NCBI GenBank assembly: GCA_021852275.1
Contig: JAJZNX010000096.1
Location: forward strand, 1-57,989
Length of the DNA: 57,989 bases
Reading direction: 5' to 3'
From: Planctomycetota bacterium
Lineage (GTDB): Bacteria; Planctomycetota; Phycisphaerae; WQYP01
In this document: piece after piece, positions 9,660-19,716 of the stretch
Layout of the letters: each line of letters begins with the position of its first letter
Position numbering within the stretch: the stretch's first letter is position 1
Program-made: the position numbers and the translations under genes
Notes under the pieces: generated by a model
Databases searched by the model: none
Told to the model about the DNA's origin: nothing
Seen by the model: the letters and a program-made list of their open reading frames with translations, nothing else

Positions 9660-11758
9660 TTTAACAAGACCCGGCTCACATCCACGTGCCAGTTGCCGAC
9701 ACTGGACTCCACGTTAATACCAGTCGAGCCGGATACAGTCGCTGCCACTGTGAAGTTATGGTCCCAGACAATAGCATAAACTGTCTGGAACCGCAGCGTT
9801 TCCACCGCGAAGCGCACGGCGAACACATCCGGCCCGCCGGAAGGATATGATAACCGAGAGGCCCAAAGTTGCTTCGAGAGTCCAAACGTCCAGGCCAAAA
9901 GTTTAAATGGATGTGTTCCGCCATAATGCAGCACCACTGGTTCCGCAGCAGCCGCATTGATTGGATCCGTCGGAATTGTACACTTCTCAACCGGTTTTCC
10001 ACGGATAAACGACCGTTGGTGAAATATATACGCTTCATTGCCGCGAAGCTGCGGCATTTCATCCGCCGGCGAGAGCGTATGGAATGTGGTATCAAAACGA
10101 TGTGACCGGCCATCGTCGGCAACCACACCGTCAACAATAACCAAGGCCTTATCCCAAAAATGTATTATGGCCCGCTGATGCTTGAATCCCGCTCTATCCA
10201 CTGGATCCACATCAAACCAGTAACGCGATTCTGCCCGAGGATCATGCATAAATGCCCGCTGCGGCTGCCGCCCGCCGGTATTTTCCATCAGCCACGCGTC
10301 GGCCTGTTTATTTGTCAGCGATGTCAGCAGCCGCCCCACCGTCACCGGTGGATCGGCCCGGTCCATCACCACGGTATTATGCATCATGGCGGAATTATAT
10401 CCGGGCGGACCGGTACGCGGAAATGGATCCGCCAGAATTTCGCTGCCATTGATGGAAAGCGCAACGTGCAGCATATCTCGATGCCCTTTGCCCGTACCGA
10501 GAAATCCGTAATGACACCATGTCGTAGACCTGGCTTGCCGCACCGCATCGCCACGTGAAATGATCCCGCCAAAATCCGGGAAACACATCATTCCCGCCGG
10601 TAAGGCAGCCGCGTTATCGATAGGCCTGTCCAGCCAGAAATTGAGCAACGGTGTATGTGATCCGAGATCCAGAATGGCCAAAGGTGTCACCCGCAGCGAT
10701 GAAACATGGGTATGGCGGCATTGGCCACGGAGTCTTTCAATGATCCATCCAGTGTGTGGATCTCGATTGATCTTATATGCATACAGCAGACTCGGGTGCA
10801 AGGGAACCGGCAAATGACAATGCAGGCTGCCACTACCACGTGGATTTTCCCATGCGGTCTCGCCGGCGATCACCGATTCCGTATGCGCACGAAGCACCTT
10901 CTGCATGGATGGATACCCGGCATAGACGTCATTGGCGGATGGCGGGCAACCGGCCAGAAGCGACTGTCCAAAAGCATGTTCAACAAGGAGGTTGTAACAG
11001 ATGATCGCATCCGTTGCGTATAAATGATAACCCCAGGAGCCTTCCGCAAAAGAGCCATCATCAAGAAAAGTCGATCGCAGTTCGTGATAGCGCTGACGTG
11101 CCTGTTGCAACAACACTGCCGCCGCCTGTTCATCCTCGTGACAAAGCGCCGCCACCAGCAAGCCCAAATTCGACCACATTCCCCGATTGGAATATTTGAC
11201 TGCTTCCTCGTGAAATGCGTAGCGCTGCGCAAAATGCGCCAAGGCCGCCTGCACCTGCGCCTTTTCTGACTCGCATAGCAGTTCCGGGGCGTGGGCCTCA
11301 AGCATATCGAGCAGATGCAACACGCAGAACATCAGCCCGCCTTCTGTGAAATAATAGTTACCGGTAAATCCCTGAAAAAATTGCCGTGGATTTCCGCTAT
11401 ATGGCGGATCCACTTTCGGTGGCAATCCATGGGTTATGGATTGAAGATTATTTTCCCATATATCCCGCATTTTGCCAAAATATTCGATCAAACCGCGCAG
11501 CCACTGCGCCACAAATTTCTGATATTTGCGTTCTTTGGTTACATACGCCAACACACTCGCCGCCATGACCTCGTCATAGCCGCCGTCATCGGGAAAAGCC
11601 GGAAACTGCGGTGGTGACGGTTCACGGTTGGCGAAAAACCGGGCCGCTTCTTCCAGAAAAAGCCGCCACTCAGGTCGCGCGGCATTGGCCAGAATAACGT
11701 CGCGCTCGCTGGCAAGGCTCGCCACAAATGGATGCGGCAATTTATCAAATAATGTCAT
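9641..11758 (-). CDS. Heparinase II/III-like protein (alpha/alpha toroid plus beta-sandwich lyase fold), no signal peptide
   Basis: DDGSFAEGSWGYHLY, GHRDMLHVAL, ILADP, HNTVVMD. Start trimmed to ATG 11758 because the longer ORF overlaps the upstream gene. Confidence 0.7.
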   Translation of the reverse strand: MTLFDKLPHPFVASLASERDVILANAARPEWRLFLEEAARFFANREPSPPQFPAFPDDGGYDEVMAASVLAYVTKERKYQKFVAQWLRGLIEYFGKMRDIWENNLQSITHGLPPKVDPPYSGNPRQFFQGFTGNYYFTEGGLMFCVLHLLDMLEAHAPELLCESEKAQVQAALAHFAQRYAFHEEAVKYSNRGMWSNLGLLVAALCHEDEQAAAVLLQQARQRYHELRSTFLDDGSFAEGSWGYHLYATDAIICYNLLVEHAFGQSLLAGCPPSANDVYAGYPSMQKVLRAHTESVIAGETAWENPRGSGSLHCHLPVPLHPSLLYAYKINRDPHTGWIIERLRGQCRHTHVSSLRVTPLAILDLGSHTPLLNFWLDRPIDNAAALPAGMMCFPDFGGIISRGDAVRQARSTTWCHYGFLGTGKGHRDMLHVALSINGSEILADPFPRTGPPGYNSAMMHNTVVMDRADPPVTVGRLLTSLTNKQADAWLMENTGGRQPQRAFMHDPRAESRYWFDVDPVDRAGFKHQRAIIHFWDKALVIVDGVVADDGRSHRFDTTFHTLSPADEMPQLRGNEAYIFHQRSFIRGKPVEKCTIPTDPINAAAAEPVVLHYGGTHPFKLLAWTFGLSKQLWASRLSYPSGGPDVFAVRFAVETLRFQTVYAIVWDHNFTVAATVSGSTGINVESSVGNWHVDVSRVLLKCGDSL

Positions 11759-11808
11759 TGCTTTTTTCCTAGCCGGACTCCACGCAGGTTGCTGCGGCCC
11801 TGCGCGAT

Positions 11809-14800
11809 TTAACGCCGCCCACCCACCAGAATCATTGTCGGATATAGGCCGGGGTTTTGATAGGGCTGAGTACCCGCAGGGGTAAGACTTAAACCGCAAT
11901 CCCGATAATCTCCGTTGTTGTGATTGATAAGCAGGGCAAAACCGAACGTGGCATTGGGCTTGAGCATCATGGGCAGTATCTGCCTGGCCGGGAATGCCGC
12001 TTCGTAAATCATCCCGCCGGGGGTACGCCAACAAACAGCCTTGATGGCCCCAGTTTGACCTGACGGCAATCGCCGTGAACTGGTCTCGCGTATGACTTGG
12101 CAACCTTTCGTTGTCGGCCACAGCTCATAAGATTGATTGTCCGTCAACCATCTTCTCTTTTCCATTGGATGACATCGCGCCACATCATGAAAATAAACCT
12201 GCAAGCTGGTGCCGGTCCAGGCTGCGGCCGCTCTGTTAGCCGGATAAAAATCGGGATCTCTGATTTTCACCGCCACATAAAAAAAACGCCGGTTCCACGC
12301 GGTATAAAATACCGCCGGTCCGTTCCATTTGGAGTGCACCGGCTTGATTGTCGGCCGCATGGGAGCAAACGTTACGATTTGTCGAGGAAAAGGAGTCTCG
12401 CACGTCCTGGGCCAGTCCGCAAGGCGACCATCCAATTTCAACGGTCGGGAGATATGATGGCATAGCAGTACCACGGGATGACAACGCATCATAACGGGAG
12501 GCATCCCATCACTTGGCCGGAACTCTGCCTGCAAGTGATAACTCCGCCAATTGACCACTCCCTTCCCGGACAAGGGAACCCGCACCGTGATAGTTTTGCC
12601 CGGAGCCAAACGCACCATCTTGTCCAACAGTATGCGTGTCCCGTTATGCACCTGAAGTTCGCCGGCCAACGGGCGATCCACAATACTCTCCACACAAAGC
12701 CGGCCCTGGCGCGGTGAGACAGTTTGGAATTTCATGCGTAATGGATTCGCCCCCCTGAACTCCGCCTGCTGCAACGCCTTGATCATTGCCACCGAACTTC
12801 CGGGCGGTCCGCGAAAAAACACCGGATACCGGGTAATCGGCAACCAGCCGTTGGCCGGAGGTGCCAGGCCATTGCCCATCAGGCTGTAGATCTTCGTTCC
12901 ATGCGGCAGGCCGACTATCCGCAGTAAAGGTACCGGCTTGAGTCCTTTGTCGATGGCCAAGGCATAGTTCCATACCACCGCTACCGACCGGCCGGATACA
13001 TCCTGAAAGACATAACATCGCACATCCCGGCCCAGTTTGACGTCTTGGAGAAAATGTGAATTGCCCAGCAGCCACTGAAGCGTATTGGGAACAAAAGCCG
13101 GAGCGGCCGGCGTACCATTCATGTCAAGCCGGGCATTCGCGTTAAATATCCAATCCACCTGCATCTTGACCCGACGACTGTACTTGAAGCCCACCAGCCA
13201 ACAACGGGCTGTGTAGGCCGCATTAACACGTTCCCCCAGACCAAGTCCATAGGAGAACGTTCCACAACGGAAGCCGTCACCGGAAACTTCCCGCCAAACC
13301 GTCATACCGTCATATACCGGCAGTTGATAAACCGGAAGGTCCATTCCTTCATCAAACCATACCGGACCGGTAAAGTGCCGACGTTTGAGCATGGCCTGCA
13401 GGGTTGCGGCATCCGCATCCATGTCCGGCTTTTCCGGACGGGTGCGATAGGGATGAATACCGATGATATTGCACACCCTGCCTCCGCCTGCCTTCAAGAA
13501 CGTATCCAGATACCGGATACCGCCGTCGGGAGCCATATTTTCCGGGTCCGGCGAAATAATCAGCGCGTGCGGATTGGCCTTGAGGATACCGCGCCGGGCC
13601 GCGGCCATGATGCGCACAAAGCCTTTCATCACCGCCAAATTATTCCGGTAAACCAGGCTCGGCTCATTGACCAGTTTCCAGTAATGAATCTCCGGATAGG
13701 CACGGGCCTTCTTAAAGGCCATCGCTTCAACCTTACGCAGGTTCGCGGCATCAAGATTGAATACCTTGGTCTGCAGATTCCAGCGGCCGCATTTCTCCCC
13801 CTGGTAAAATATCGATGACAAATCCAAAATCCGATTTTTCTTCAGCAAGCTCAAAAATCCATGCGGCGGTGGATCAAATATGACCACCGCCCCAATGCCC
13901 ACCCGCCTCCAAAATCTTATCTGATGACGCCACCGGTCCAGTCGCGAGTCCACACCGCCAAGTGCGGTCAGGGTCCTGAGCCGGCGTTGCGCACTCAGGC
14001 GGTGCAAAATGCCCAGTCGGTCAAACTTTCGCCTGGCAAAGCCGTCCGCCAGCCGCAAATTCATTTGTGCCACATACAACCCGCATCCCAGATGCTCCGT
14101 CCACGGTAACGGCAACATGGCGACGCCGTGATGGTTCAGCGTAAACGCCCGTTTTGTCTGGTGGGAAAAGTTCCCCAGAAATTGGGTGAAAAGCAGATTC
14201 ACGTGACCGCTCTGTCCCGGAGGGCCATGGACCACCAGCCGGGCGCCAGTCGGCTGACCAACCTTGAACAAATTATCACTGCGCAATGTTTGCAACATGA
14301 CATCCGCCGGATTTCGTACAAACGGCGTAAGTTTCGGGCCTTTTTCCATCTGCACATCATCAATCCACGCATTGACATCCTTCTCCGGACCATTGAGGCC
14401 AAAATCCAGATCGATCACTCCGTTGGGTGCCTTGAATTTCAGCACATAGCGATTCCAATGCGTGGTAAGGAAAAATGTTTTATTGATAAATACCGGCCAC
14501 ACCGCGGTAACACATTGCATTCCCAACGGCGTGCCTGTCTCGTCGCTCCGGGCGTAAAAGCTGACGGTGTAGAGCTTGCCCGGCCGAACGGGAATCGCAA
14601 AGCTGTCAATGTGCGCCGGCCATTGATGGCGCTGGCCGAGAATTTCCAGACATGGCCCGCCGTCAACACCGCCACTTTTACACACCAGGTAATGCCGTCT
14701 GATTCGTCCGCTGTTGAGCGTGCCGATTGTTCCATATTGCCAGTAGTTAAGGCCCTCCTCGAAACTCGGATTCTGCACCAGATTCCGACATAAATGATAT

Positions 14801-15039
14801 TCCGGCATCGGCAGACGATCGGCCGTCCAGAAATTCACGCCACCGTAGGCATTATCAATTCGGTTGGCCGACGGGCGTGCCACCCGCGGCATTGCACCGG
14901 AATTTTGGCTACCGCCCGTCGCTACCGCCACATGACCATGTTGCACTCCTGCAGCCTGCCCTTCCTGTGATCGTGTGCAGGATGGTGCCAGGGTCAGAAA
15001 AGTTGTCGCAATCAGCAACACAAATATATTGTTTTTCAT
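11809..15039 (-). CDS. Secreted modular CAZyme candidate: CBM4/9-like, clan GH-A catalytic domain, CBM9/DOMON-like C-terminus
   Basis: Signal/lipoprotein peptide ending LAPSC; NLVQNPSFE...YTVSFYAR...WIDDVQME (CBM); VNEP acid/base, GIHPY, VWFDEG nucleophile region; LDGRLADW and YEAAFP (CBM9-like). Confidence 0.72.
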   Translation of the reverse strand: MKNNIFVLLIATTFLTLAPSCTRSQEGQAAGVQHGHVAVATGGSQNSGAMPRVARPSANRIDNAYGGVNFWTADRLPMPEYHLCRNLVQNPSFEEGLNYWQYGTIGTLNSGRIRRHYLVCKSGGVDGGPCLEILGQRHQWPAHIDSFAIPVRPGKLYTVSFYARSDETGTPLGMQCVTAVWPVFINKTFFLTTHWNRYVLKFKAPNGVIDLDFGLNGPEKDVNAWIDDVQMEKGPKLTPFVRNPADVMLQTLRSDNLFKVGQPTGARLVVHGPPGQSGHVNLLFTQFLGNFSHQTKRAFTLNHHGVAMLPLPWTEHLGCGLYVAQMNLRLADGFARRKFDRLGILHRLSAQRRLRTLTALGGVDSRLDRWRHQIRFWRRVGIGAVVIFDPPPHGFLSLLKKNRILDLSSIFYQGEKCGRWNLQTKVFNLDAANLRKVEAMAFKKARAYPEIHYWKLVNEPSLVYRNNLAVMKGFVRIMAAARRGILKANPHALIISPDPENMAPDGGIRYLDTFLKAGGGRVCNIIGIHPYRTRPEKPDMDADAATLQAMLKRRHFTGPVWFDEGMDLPVYQLPVYDGMTVWREVSGDGFRCGTFSYGLGLGERVNAAYTARCWLVGFKYSRRVKMQVDWIFNANARLDMNGTPAAPAFVPNTLQWLLGNSHFLQDVKLGRDVRCYVFQDVSGRSVAVVWNYALAIDKGLKPVPLLRIVGLPHGTKIYSLMGNGLAPPANGWLPITRYPVFFRGPPGSSVAMIKALQQAEFRGANPLRMKFQTVSPRQGRLCVESIVDRPLAGELQVHNGTRILLDKMVRLAPGKTITVRVPLSGKGVVNWRSYHLQAEFRPSDGMPPVMMRCHPVVLLCHHISRPLKLDGRLADWPRTCETPFPRQIVTFAPMRPTIKPVHSKWNGPAVFYTAWNRRFFYVAVKIRDPDFYPANRAAAAWTGTSLQVYFHDVARCHPMEKRRWLTDNQSYELWPTTKGCQVIRETSSRRLPSGQTGAIKAVCWRTPGGMIYEAAFPARQILPMMLKPNATFGFALLINHNNGDYRDCGLSLTPAGTQPYQNPGLYPTMILVGGRR

Positions 15040-15101
15040 CTTCCATCCTGATCATAGTGAACTCTTGATAAAAAATCGCATGTTGAGCCAACACGTCGCA
15101 T

Positions 15102-16697
15102 TTACTGGTCGCTTTTTCCGCCATCCACGGTCAAAGTGCCGTCACCCGAAAAAAACGCGGCTTGGTGATGATTCCGGCCATAAACCCCTGGTTTCATCAC
15201 GGTACCAGCAATGATTAACTTTCTGATTCGATCCGTGCCGCTGTAATGTAAGTACATTTTCGCCCCTTGGAAAATATTTATAGCGCTGGCAGCGCCCAGG
15301 AATGGTGTATTGATGACCAGCGTGCCTGCCTTGACAATGGTATTGCCTGTGTACGTGTTACCATCGGAGGAAAGATTCAGCGTGCCGGCTCCGATTTTTG
15401 TAAGCCCTCCGCCCGCACCGCTCTTACCCACCCCGGATCCAATCAGGTTCCGATTAAAAAATGCATTCGTACCGTGCGTATCAATGATGGCACCGCCCTT
15501 TTTTACATACACATTAATCGCACCCGAACCATAAAACACCTGGCCTGCCACGCGTAATGCGCCGCCGTTCAAATTGAGGCTCGCGCGACCATTCGCAGGC
15601 CCCTGATAAAATCCGTGGTCGGCCGCCAGCAATCCGCCATTGAGGTTGATCACACCTGTGCCCGTCTTGCGGCCATTATTGATCTCCGCGGTATGCGCAA
15701 GCGTTACCGCTCCTCCATCGATGGTTAAAGCGCCATGGCCATTTTCACCGATCCATATATTCTTTCCGTTGATATGAACCGTCCCGTCGACGACATTCAA
15801 GGTGAATTTTCCATTGTTACCGCCGCGATAGTAACGGCCGTTGACGGTCAACGTACCCCCACGGATGGTGTAACGAGCCCTGCTGTTCTTGTTTTGCCCG
15901 CCGATGAATGAGCCTTGCACCGTCACGCGTCCTCCATTTTGCGTCACCGAGCTTGCAAACGCCGCGAGGCCATTACCGTAGCCGAGCATGAGTGCATATG
16001 TCAGACCCGATGTGGCCTTATTGCCATCCAATGTCAAATTGATTTTCGAGCCGAGAACGACGTTTTCCTGGCCTACCAATAGTTTGCCACCGATGCGCTG
16101 CGGTGCGCTCGATAATAATTCCAACTGTCCGCCATCTCCCGTATCGGCGTAGCCACCAGCCGATACGTTTGCATCCGGAACTGGGCGGGAGCCATAGCCC
16201 TGCGTGCTCACATCGGTGATGGCGCCTCTGATGATCAACTTGCCACCGCTGACCACGTTGATGTGCGTATCGCCGGTCAGCGCGATATCCAGATTGATGG
16301 ATTGCGGATTGACCGCAAGATCATCAATACCGCCGGCTTGCAACGCCATCGCATGCCCATCGAGAACAAAGCTCCCCGCTCCACGAAGCATGGCGATGCC
16401 ACTGAATTTTGTCCCGGCCGCAAAGTCATTGTGTGTGGTCAAATCCCTGTGCCCCATGAAGGTGAGCATATCCCCCGGAACAGGTACTACATGTCCCTTC
16501 CAATTCAATGGCGAGGTCCAGTGGCCGTTGCCGCCCCCACCAGACCATGTGCAAACCTTTGCCGCACAAGCGTGACCCACTCCGGCAGCCAAACCAAAAG
16601 CCAGTGCCATCATGGCCGCCTTGCGAAAAGCCGCGCGGAAGCTGCGTGGCGCCGTGTCCGTATCTTTCTGAGAGTCACCCGTCAACCTGATCTCCAT
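15102..16697 (-). CDS. Secreted Gly/Asn-rich beta-helical protein with an autotransporter-associated beta-strand (PATR) repeat
   Basis: Signal peptide ending ACA, TWSGGGGNGHWTSPLNW, GGLTKIGAGTLNLSSDGNTYTGNTIVKAGTL; no beta-barrel. Start uncertain (16781, 16697 or later). Confidence 0.78.
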   Translation of the reverse strand: MEIRLTGDSQKDTDTAPRSFRAAFRKAAMMALAFGLAAGVGHACAAKVCTWSGGGGNGHWTSPLNWKGHVVPVPGDMLTFMGHRDLTTHNDFAAGTKFSGIAMLRGAGSFVLDGHAMALQAGGIDDLAVNPQSINLDIALTGDTHINVVSGGKLIIRGAITDVSTQGYGSRPVPDANVSAGGYADTGDGGQLELLSSAPQRIGGKLLVGQENVVLGSKINLTLDGNKATSGLTYALMLGYGNGLAAFASSVTQNGGRVTVQGSFIGGQNKNSRARYTIRGGTLTVNGRYYRGGNNGKFTLNVVDGTVHINGKNIWIGENGHGALTIDGGAVTLAHTAEINNGRKTGTGVINLNGGLLAADHGFYQGPANGRASLNLNGGALRVAGQVFYGSGAINVYVKKGGAIIDTHGTNAFFNRNLIGSGVGKSGAGGGLTKIGAGTLNLSSDGNTYTGNTIVKAGTLVINTPFLGAASAINIFQGAKMYLHYSGTDRIRKLIIAGTVMKPGVYGRNHHQAAFFSGDGTLTVDGGKSDQ

Positions 16698-16756
16698 AAA
16701 AAAACGTGCAAAATCTCGGCGGGATGCTGCGGTCATCATACAGGTGGGCTGCGGGT

Positions 16757-17647
16757 TCAATCGTTCGGGAGAATCGTCCACATTCCCGCCGGTTTACCCC
16801 AAGTGCCGGACCCGTAAGTTTGATTAACGTTCAACAAATCCACGTGCCCATCACAGAAAAGAAAATTATTTTTACCCCCGTGCGGAGGCGGGTATACTGT
16901 TGACTCCGGTGGCGGCGCGGGCAATGTCGGTGGTATGGGCCACGCAGTTTCGCCAAATACATCGTGATAAGCATCACGTGCAGACAATCCACCCATCGCA
17001 AAATACTCAAATCCTTGCCGAAAATCCGATACCAGCCACGTACCGGCAGGATTCTGCACCTGTGACACCGGAACCCAGTACGGATCGAGTGAATAGCCAT
17101 TGGGGTTTTCTTCATTCATACCACCCGGTCCCCAATCACCTTGGGACACCGGCCACGGCGGGCCGGTATCGTACGAGTTGTATGCGTTTATCTGATAATC
17201 CACATAAAAATTCCCGGCCAGCCAATTGGGCGGCTGCAGTTGATAGACCGGCCTGGCCGGATCAAGAAACACCTGGCCGGAACCGGGCTGTGCTTCGGCA
17301 TTCCGGCTGTACAAATATGTAAAAATCGCATCGCACCATGTGTATGACCACCAACCTTGGGAATCCGATGGGCTGGTGCCGCCAGTGGGAAAGCGGATTG
17401 ATGACCCCGGCTTGCCAAAATAAGCCTTGTCATTGTCGAAGTACCACACCGGATATACATGCCAGTCATTGGTGTACATCTGGAAGGCCAGGCCCATTTG
17501 GCGTTCGTTATTGGCGCAGGCGACCGTATAGGCCTGCTGCCGCGCCGCTGCCAGCGCCGGTAGCAGCAGGGCAATGAGAATGGCAATGATGGTAATCACC
17601 ACCAGAAGTTCCACCAGGGTGAAGCCGTGCTTTTTGTTTTTACACAT
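16757..17647 (-). CDS. Prepilin-type N-terminal cleavage/methylation protein, DUF1559 / H-X9-DG family
   Basis: KKHG|[36 protein letters not shown]-terminal [14 protein letters not shown]; RBS AGGAG before ATG 17647. Confidence 0.93.
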   Translation of the reverse strand: MCKNKKHGFTLVELLVVITIIAILIALLLPALAAARQQAYTVACANNERQMGLAFQMYTNDWHVYPVWYFDNDKAYFGKPGSSIRFPTGGTSPSDSQGWWSYTWCDAIFTYLYSRNAEAQPGSGQVFLDPARPVYQLQPPNWLAGNFYVDYQINAYNSYDTGPPWPVSQGDWGPGGMNEENPNGYSLDPYWVPVSQVQNPAGTWLVSDFRQGFEYFAMGGLSARDAYHDVFGETAWPIPPTLPAPPPESTVYPPPHGGKNNFLFCDGHVDLLNVNQTYGSGTWGKPAGMWTILPND

Positions 17648-17680
17648 GGTCAACTCCTGCAGACCGTTCGGGAAAAAGCA

Positions 17681-17706
17681 GAAAGAGGGCGGTAAAACCC
17701 TCTTCC
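17681..17706 (-). terminator. Intra-operon hairpin after the PEP-CTERM gene (partial terminator or mRNA stabiliser)
   Basis: Minus strand GGAAGAGGG-N8-CCCTCTTTC followed by TGCTTTTT. Confidence 0.5.
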
Positions 17707-17726
17707 CGCGATCTTACCTATCCATA

Positions 17727-19373
17727 TCAAGCGCTGCGCCGACGGCGCACGGCCAGAATTCCCAGCGAACCCAGAGCCAGCAATCCCAGTGCGCTCGGTT
17801 CAGGAATACTAGATGACTCGACCGTCAGATTCACCTCGCTTCCGGATAGCGAAAATACGCCGATCTCGCCAACCGACAATCCGGAAACGGTCCAACCGCT
17901 GAAGCCGCTACTGTTATCTACAAGGCTGGTGTAGTCGATGAGCTTATACGTGCCCAAGCCGAAACCGGTTCCTTGTGTGACGGTCAACGCGACGCTGGTC
18001 CCCAGAGTGAGTGCGTCTGTGCTGACCAGATCGCTGCTTGATCCGAGTGTAAAGGCAAGGTTACTGCCATTGGCCAGGCTCAAGCTGCTAAGCGTAAACG
18101 TGCCCACGGCATCGCCCGGTGACAATATGCCCCCGGTAAACACCGCTACGCTGCGGTCAATGGTCCCGGTTCCACCCAGCGTGGCCCCGCTATCCACCGT
18201 TACCGTTCCGCCTCCGCTGAGCAAAGTGCCGTTTACCAGCAACGTACCAGCCTGCACTTCCGTGGTACCCTGGTAATTATTGCCGGAACCGCTGAGAATG
18301 ACCGTGCCGGTGCCAATCTTGGTAACATTGGAATTAATTGAAACGTTATTAAGATAGGTTGGCTCCAGCAAATTGCCGCTGAAAGTAACCGTTCCGCCGG
18401 CATCCGCCGTCAGGTCCAGTGGCGTATCTACCCGCGGACTGGTTTGCAAACCATATGGATACCCCATGTAAATTGTCCCGGAAAACGTGGAAGTGTATGC
18501 GCCCTTTCCGCCGATGGTGTTAACGCCGAGTGTAGAGGGCGAAGTCGGCATCGACGTGGGAGATTGAACAATGATTTCATTGGAAACCGTCATAGCGGCA
18601 TTCGTCAGCAGGGTTGGATTGCCGGTTCCAAGGCCACTGTTGAGCAGAATTTCAGTATTGGTCGTACCAAGGGCGTTGGCGCTGCTTAGCTCCAATATGC
18701 CGGTCCAAACGGTCATGTTTTCAGCGCTGAAGTTCGAATTATTTCCGGTCAAATTCACCAACGTCGTAGTGCTGGTACCTTCGTACTGGCCAACGGTGAA
18801 CTGATAAAATTTTCCACTTAACGTTCCGCTGGCAACCACTGCGCCGGTACCTGTGGAACTCTGCAGAAATAACCTGCCCGGCGTGGTGGCGTTAGTGGAG
18901 ATCGTTCCGCCCAGAGTTAAAGTTCCGGAACTCTCATTTCCGACTGTCAGGTAACCGCCGGAACCCGTGGGTGCCACGTCCAGATTATTATTGATGGTTT
19001 CATTCGACGTGGCCTCGTCGGTAATGTAACCATTCGTCCCAGTGCCCACCCCAAATGAGAGGTCGCTGCCCGTCAGTGTATAGGAATTAGAATTCTGAAA
19101 CAATACTTGATGGAGCGTGTAACCTGCAGAAGCATCTGGTGTATTATTCGATGTTCCATAGGTAAAGGCAACAATCGAAGTATCGCTGCTTTGCGGGGCG
19201 CCATTTCCCCCTTTAGTTACCGACAGCCAATTGTTCGAATCCGACCACAGGTTGTCCGAACCGGCTCCAGTCCACGTGTACGTTGTGGATGCGGAAGTCT
19301 GACCAACCATGCCGGCCAAACCTGCCGCGGCCAACGCCGCGGACATGAGAAATGCCTTATGTGTGGTTTTCAT
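17727..19373 (-). CDS. PEP-CTERM-anchored Ser/Thr/Gly-rich surface protein with a PATR repeat
   Basis: Signal peptide, YTWTGAGSDNLWSDSNNW, VTKIGTGTVILSGSGNNYQGTTEVQAGTL, C-terminal IPEPSALGLLALGSLGILAVRRRRSA. Start trimmed to ATG 19373. Confidence 0.92.
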   Translation of the reverse strand: MKTTHKAFLMSAALAAAGLAGMVGQTSASTTYTWTGAGSDNLWSDSNNWLSVTKGGNGAPQSSDTSIVAFTYGTSNNTPDASAGYTLHQVLFQNSNSYTLTGSDLSFGVGTGTNGYITDEATSNETINNNLDVAPTGSGGYLTVGNESSGTLTLGGTISTNATTPGRLFLQSSTGTGAVVASGTLSGKFYQFTVGQYEGTSTTTLVNLTGNNSNFSAENMTVWTGILELSSANALGTTNTEILLNSGLGTGNPTLLTNAAMTVSNEIIVQSPTSMPTSPSTLGVNTIGGKGAYTSTFSGTIYMGYPYGLQTSPRVDTPLDLTADAGGTVTFSGNLLEPTYLNNVSINSNVTKIGTGTVILSGSGNNYQGTTEVQAGTLLVNGTLLSGGGTVTVDSGATLGGTGTIDRSVAVFTGGILSPGDAVGTFTLSSLSLANGSNLAFTLGSSSDLVSTDALTLGTSVALTVTQGTGFGLGTYKLIDYTSLVDNSSGFSGWTVSGLSVGEIGVFSLSGSEVNLTVESSSIPEPSALGLLALGSLGILAVRRRRSA

Positions 19374-19687
19374 AAAAACACCCTTTCTTAATTTTGCAGC
19401 CTCAACTCTTTTCTCCGAGCACAGCCGCATGAACCCTAAAATCCGACGCACCACATTGGTGCGTCATTCATTGCATTTATGAAGATCGCCACTTATTTAG
19501 TCGCGATCCATCCACTTGTATGGAAACGCTTTTCCTTTTTTTTGATAACTATCCTTTTTTTCCTGCCACACAAAAGAACATGACCACCTTAATACCGTCA
19601 GTCCTTTATGTCCATCTTGCATCTTCAAACCGCGTGCGATTTTGCTACACATCAGCTTGAAAAGCAAAAGCTTTCCTTATTCAATCA

Positions 19688-19716
19688 ACTATAATAATAC
19701 CCATCACCAAAGTCAA
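19688..19716 (-). promoter_or_regulatory. Candidate sigma70 promoter for the long carbohydrate operon
   Basis: TTGACT-N17-TATAGT in an AT-rich intergenic region, followed by TAAGGAAAGCTTTTGC. Confidence 0.65.

Noticed and set aside
11759-12121. Long N-terminal extensions in the ORF track (lyase-like protein, ilvA, GH20, SIMPL, PPIase/ribF, permeases, csrA, rplM)
   Set aside because: They overlap neighbouring genes or promoters; downstream starts have an RBS or translational coupling and match family N-termini.
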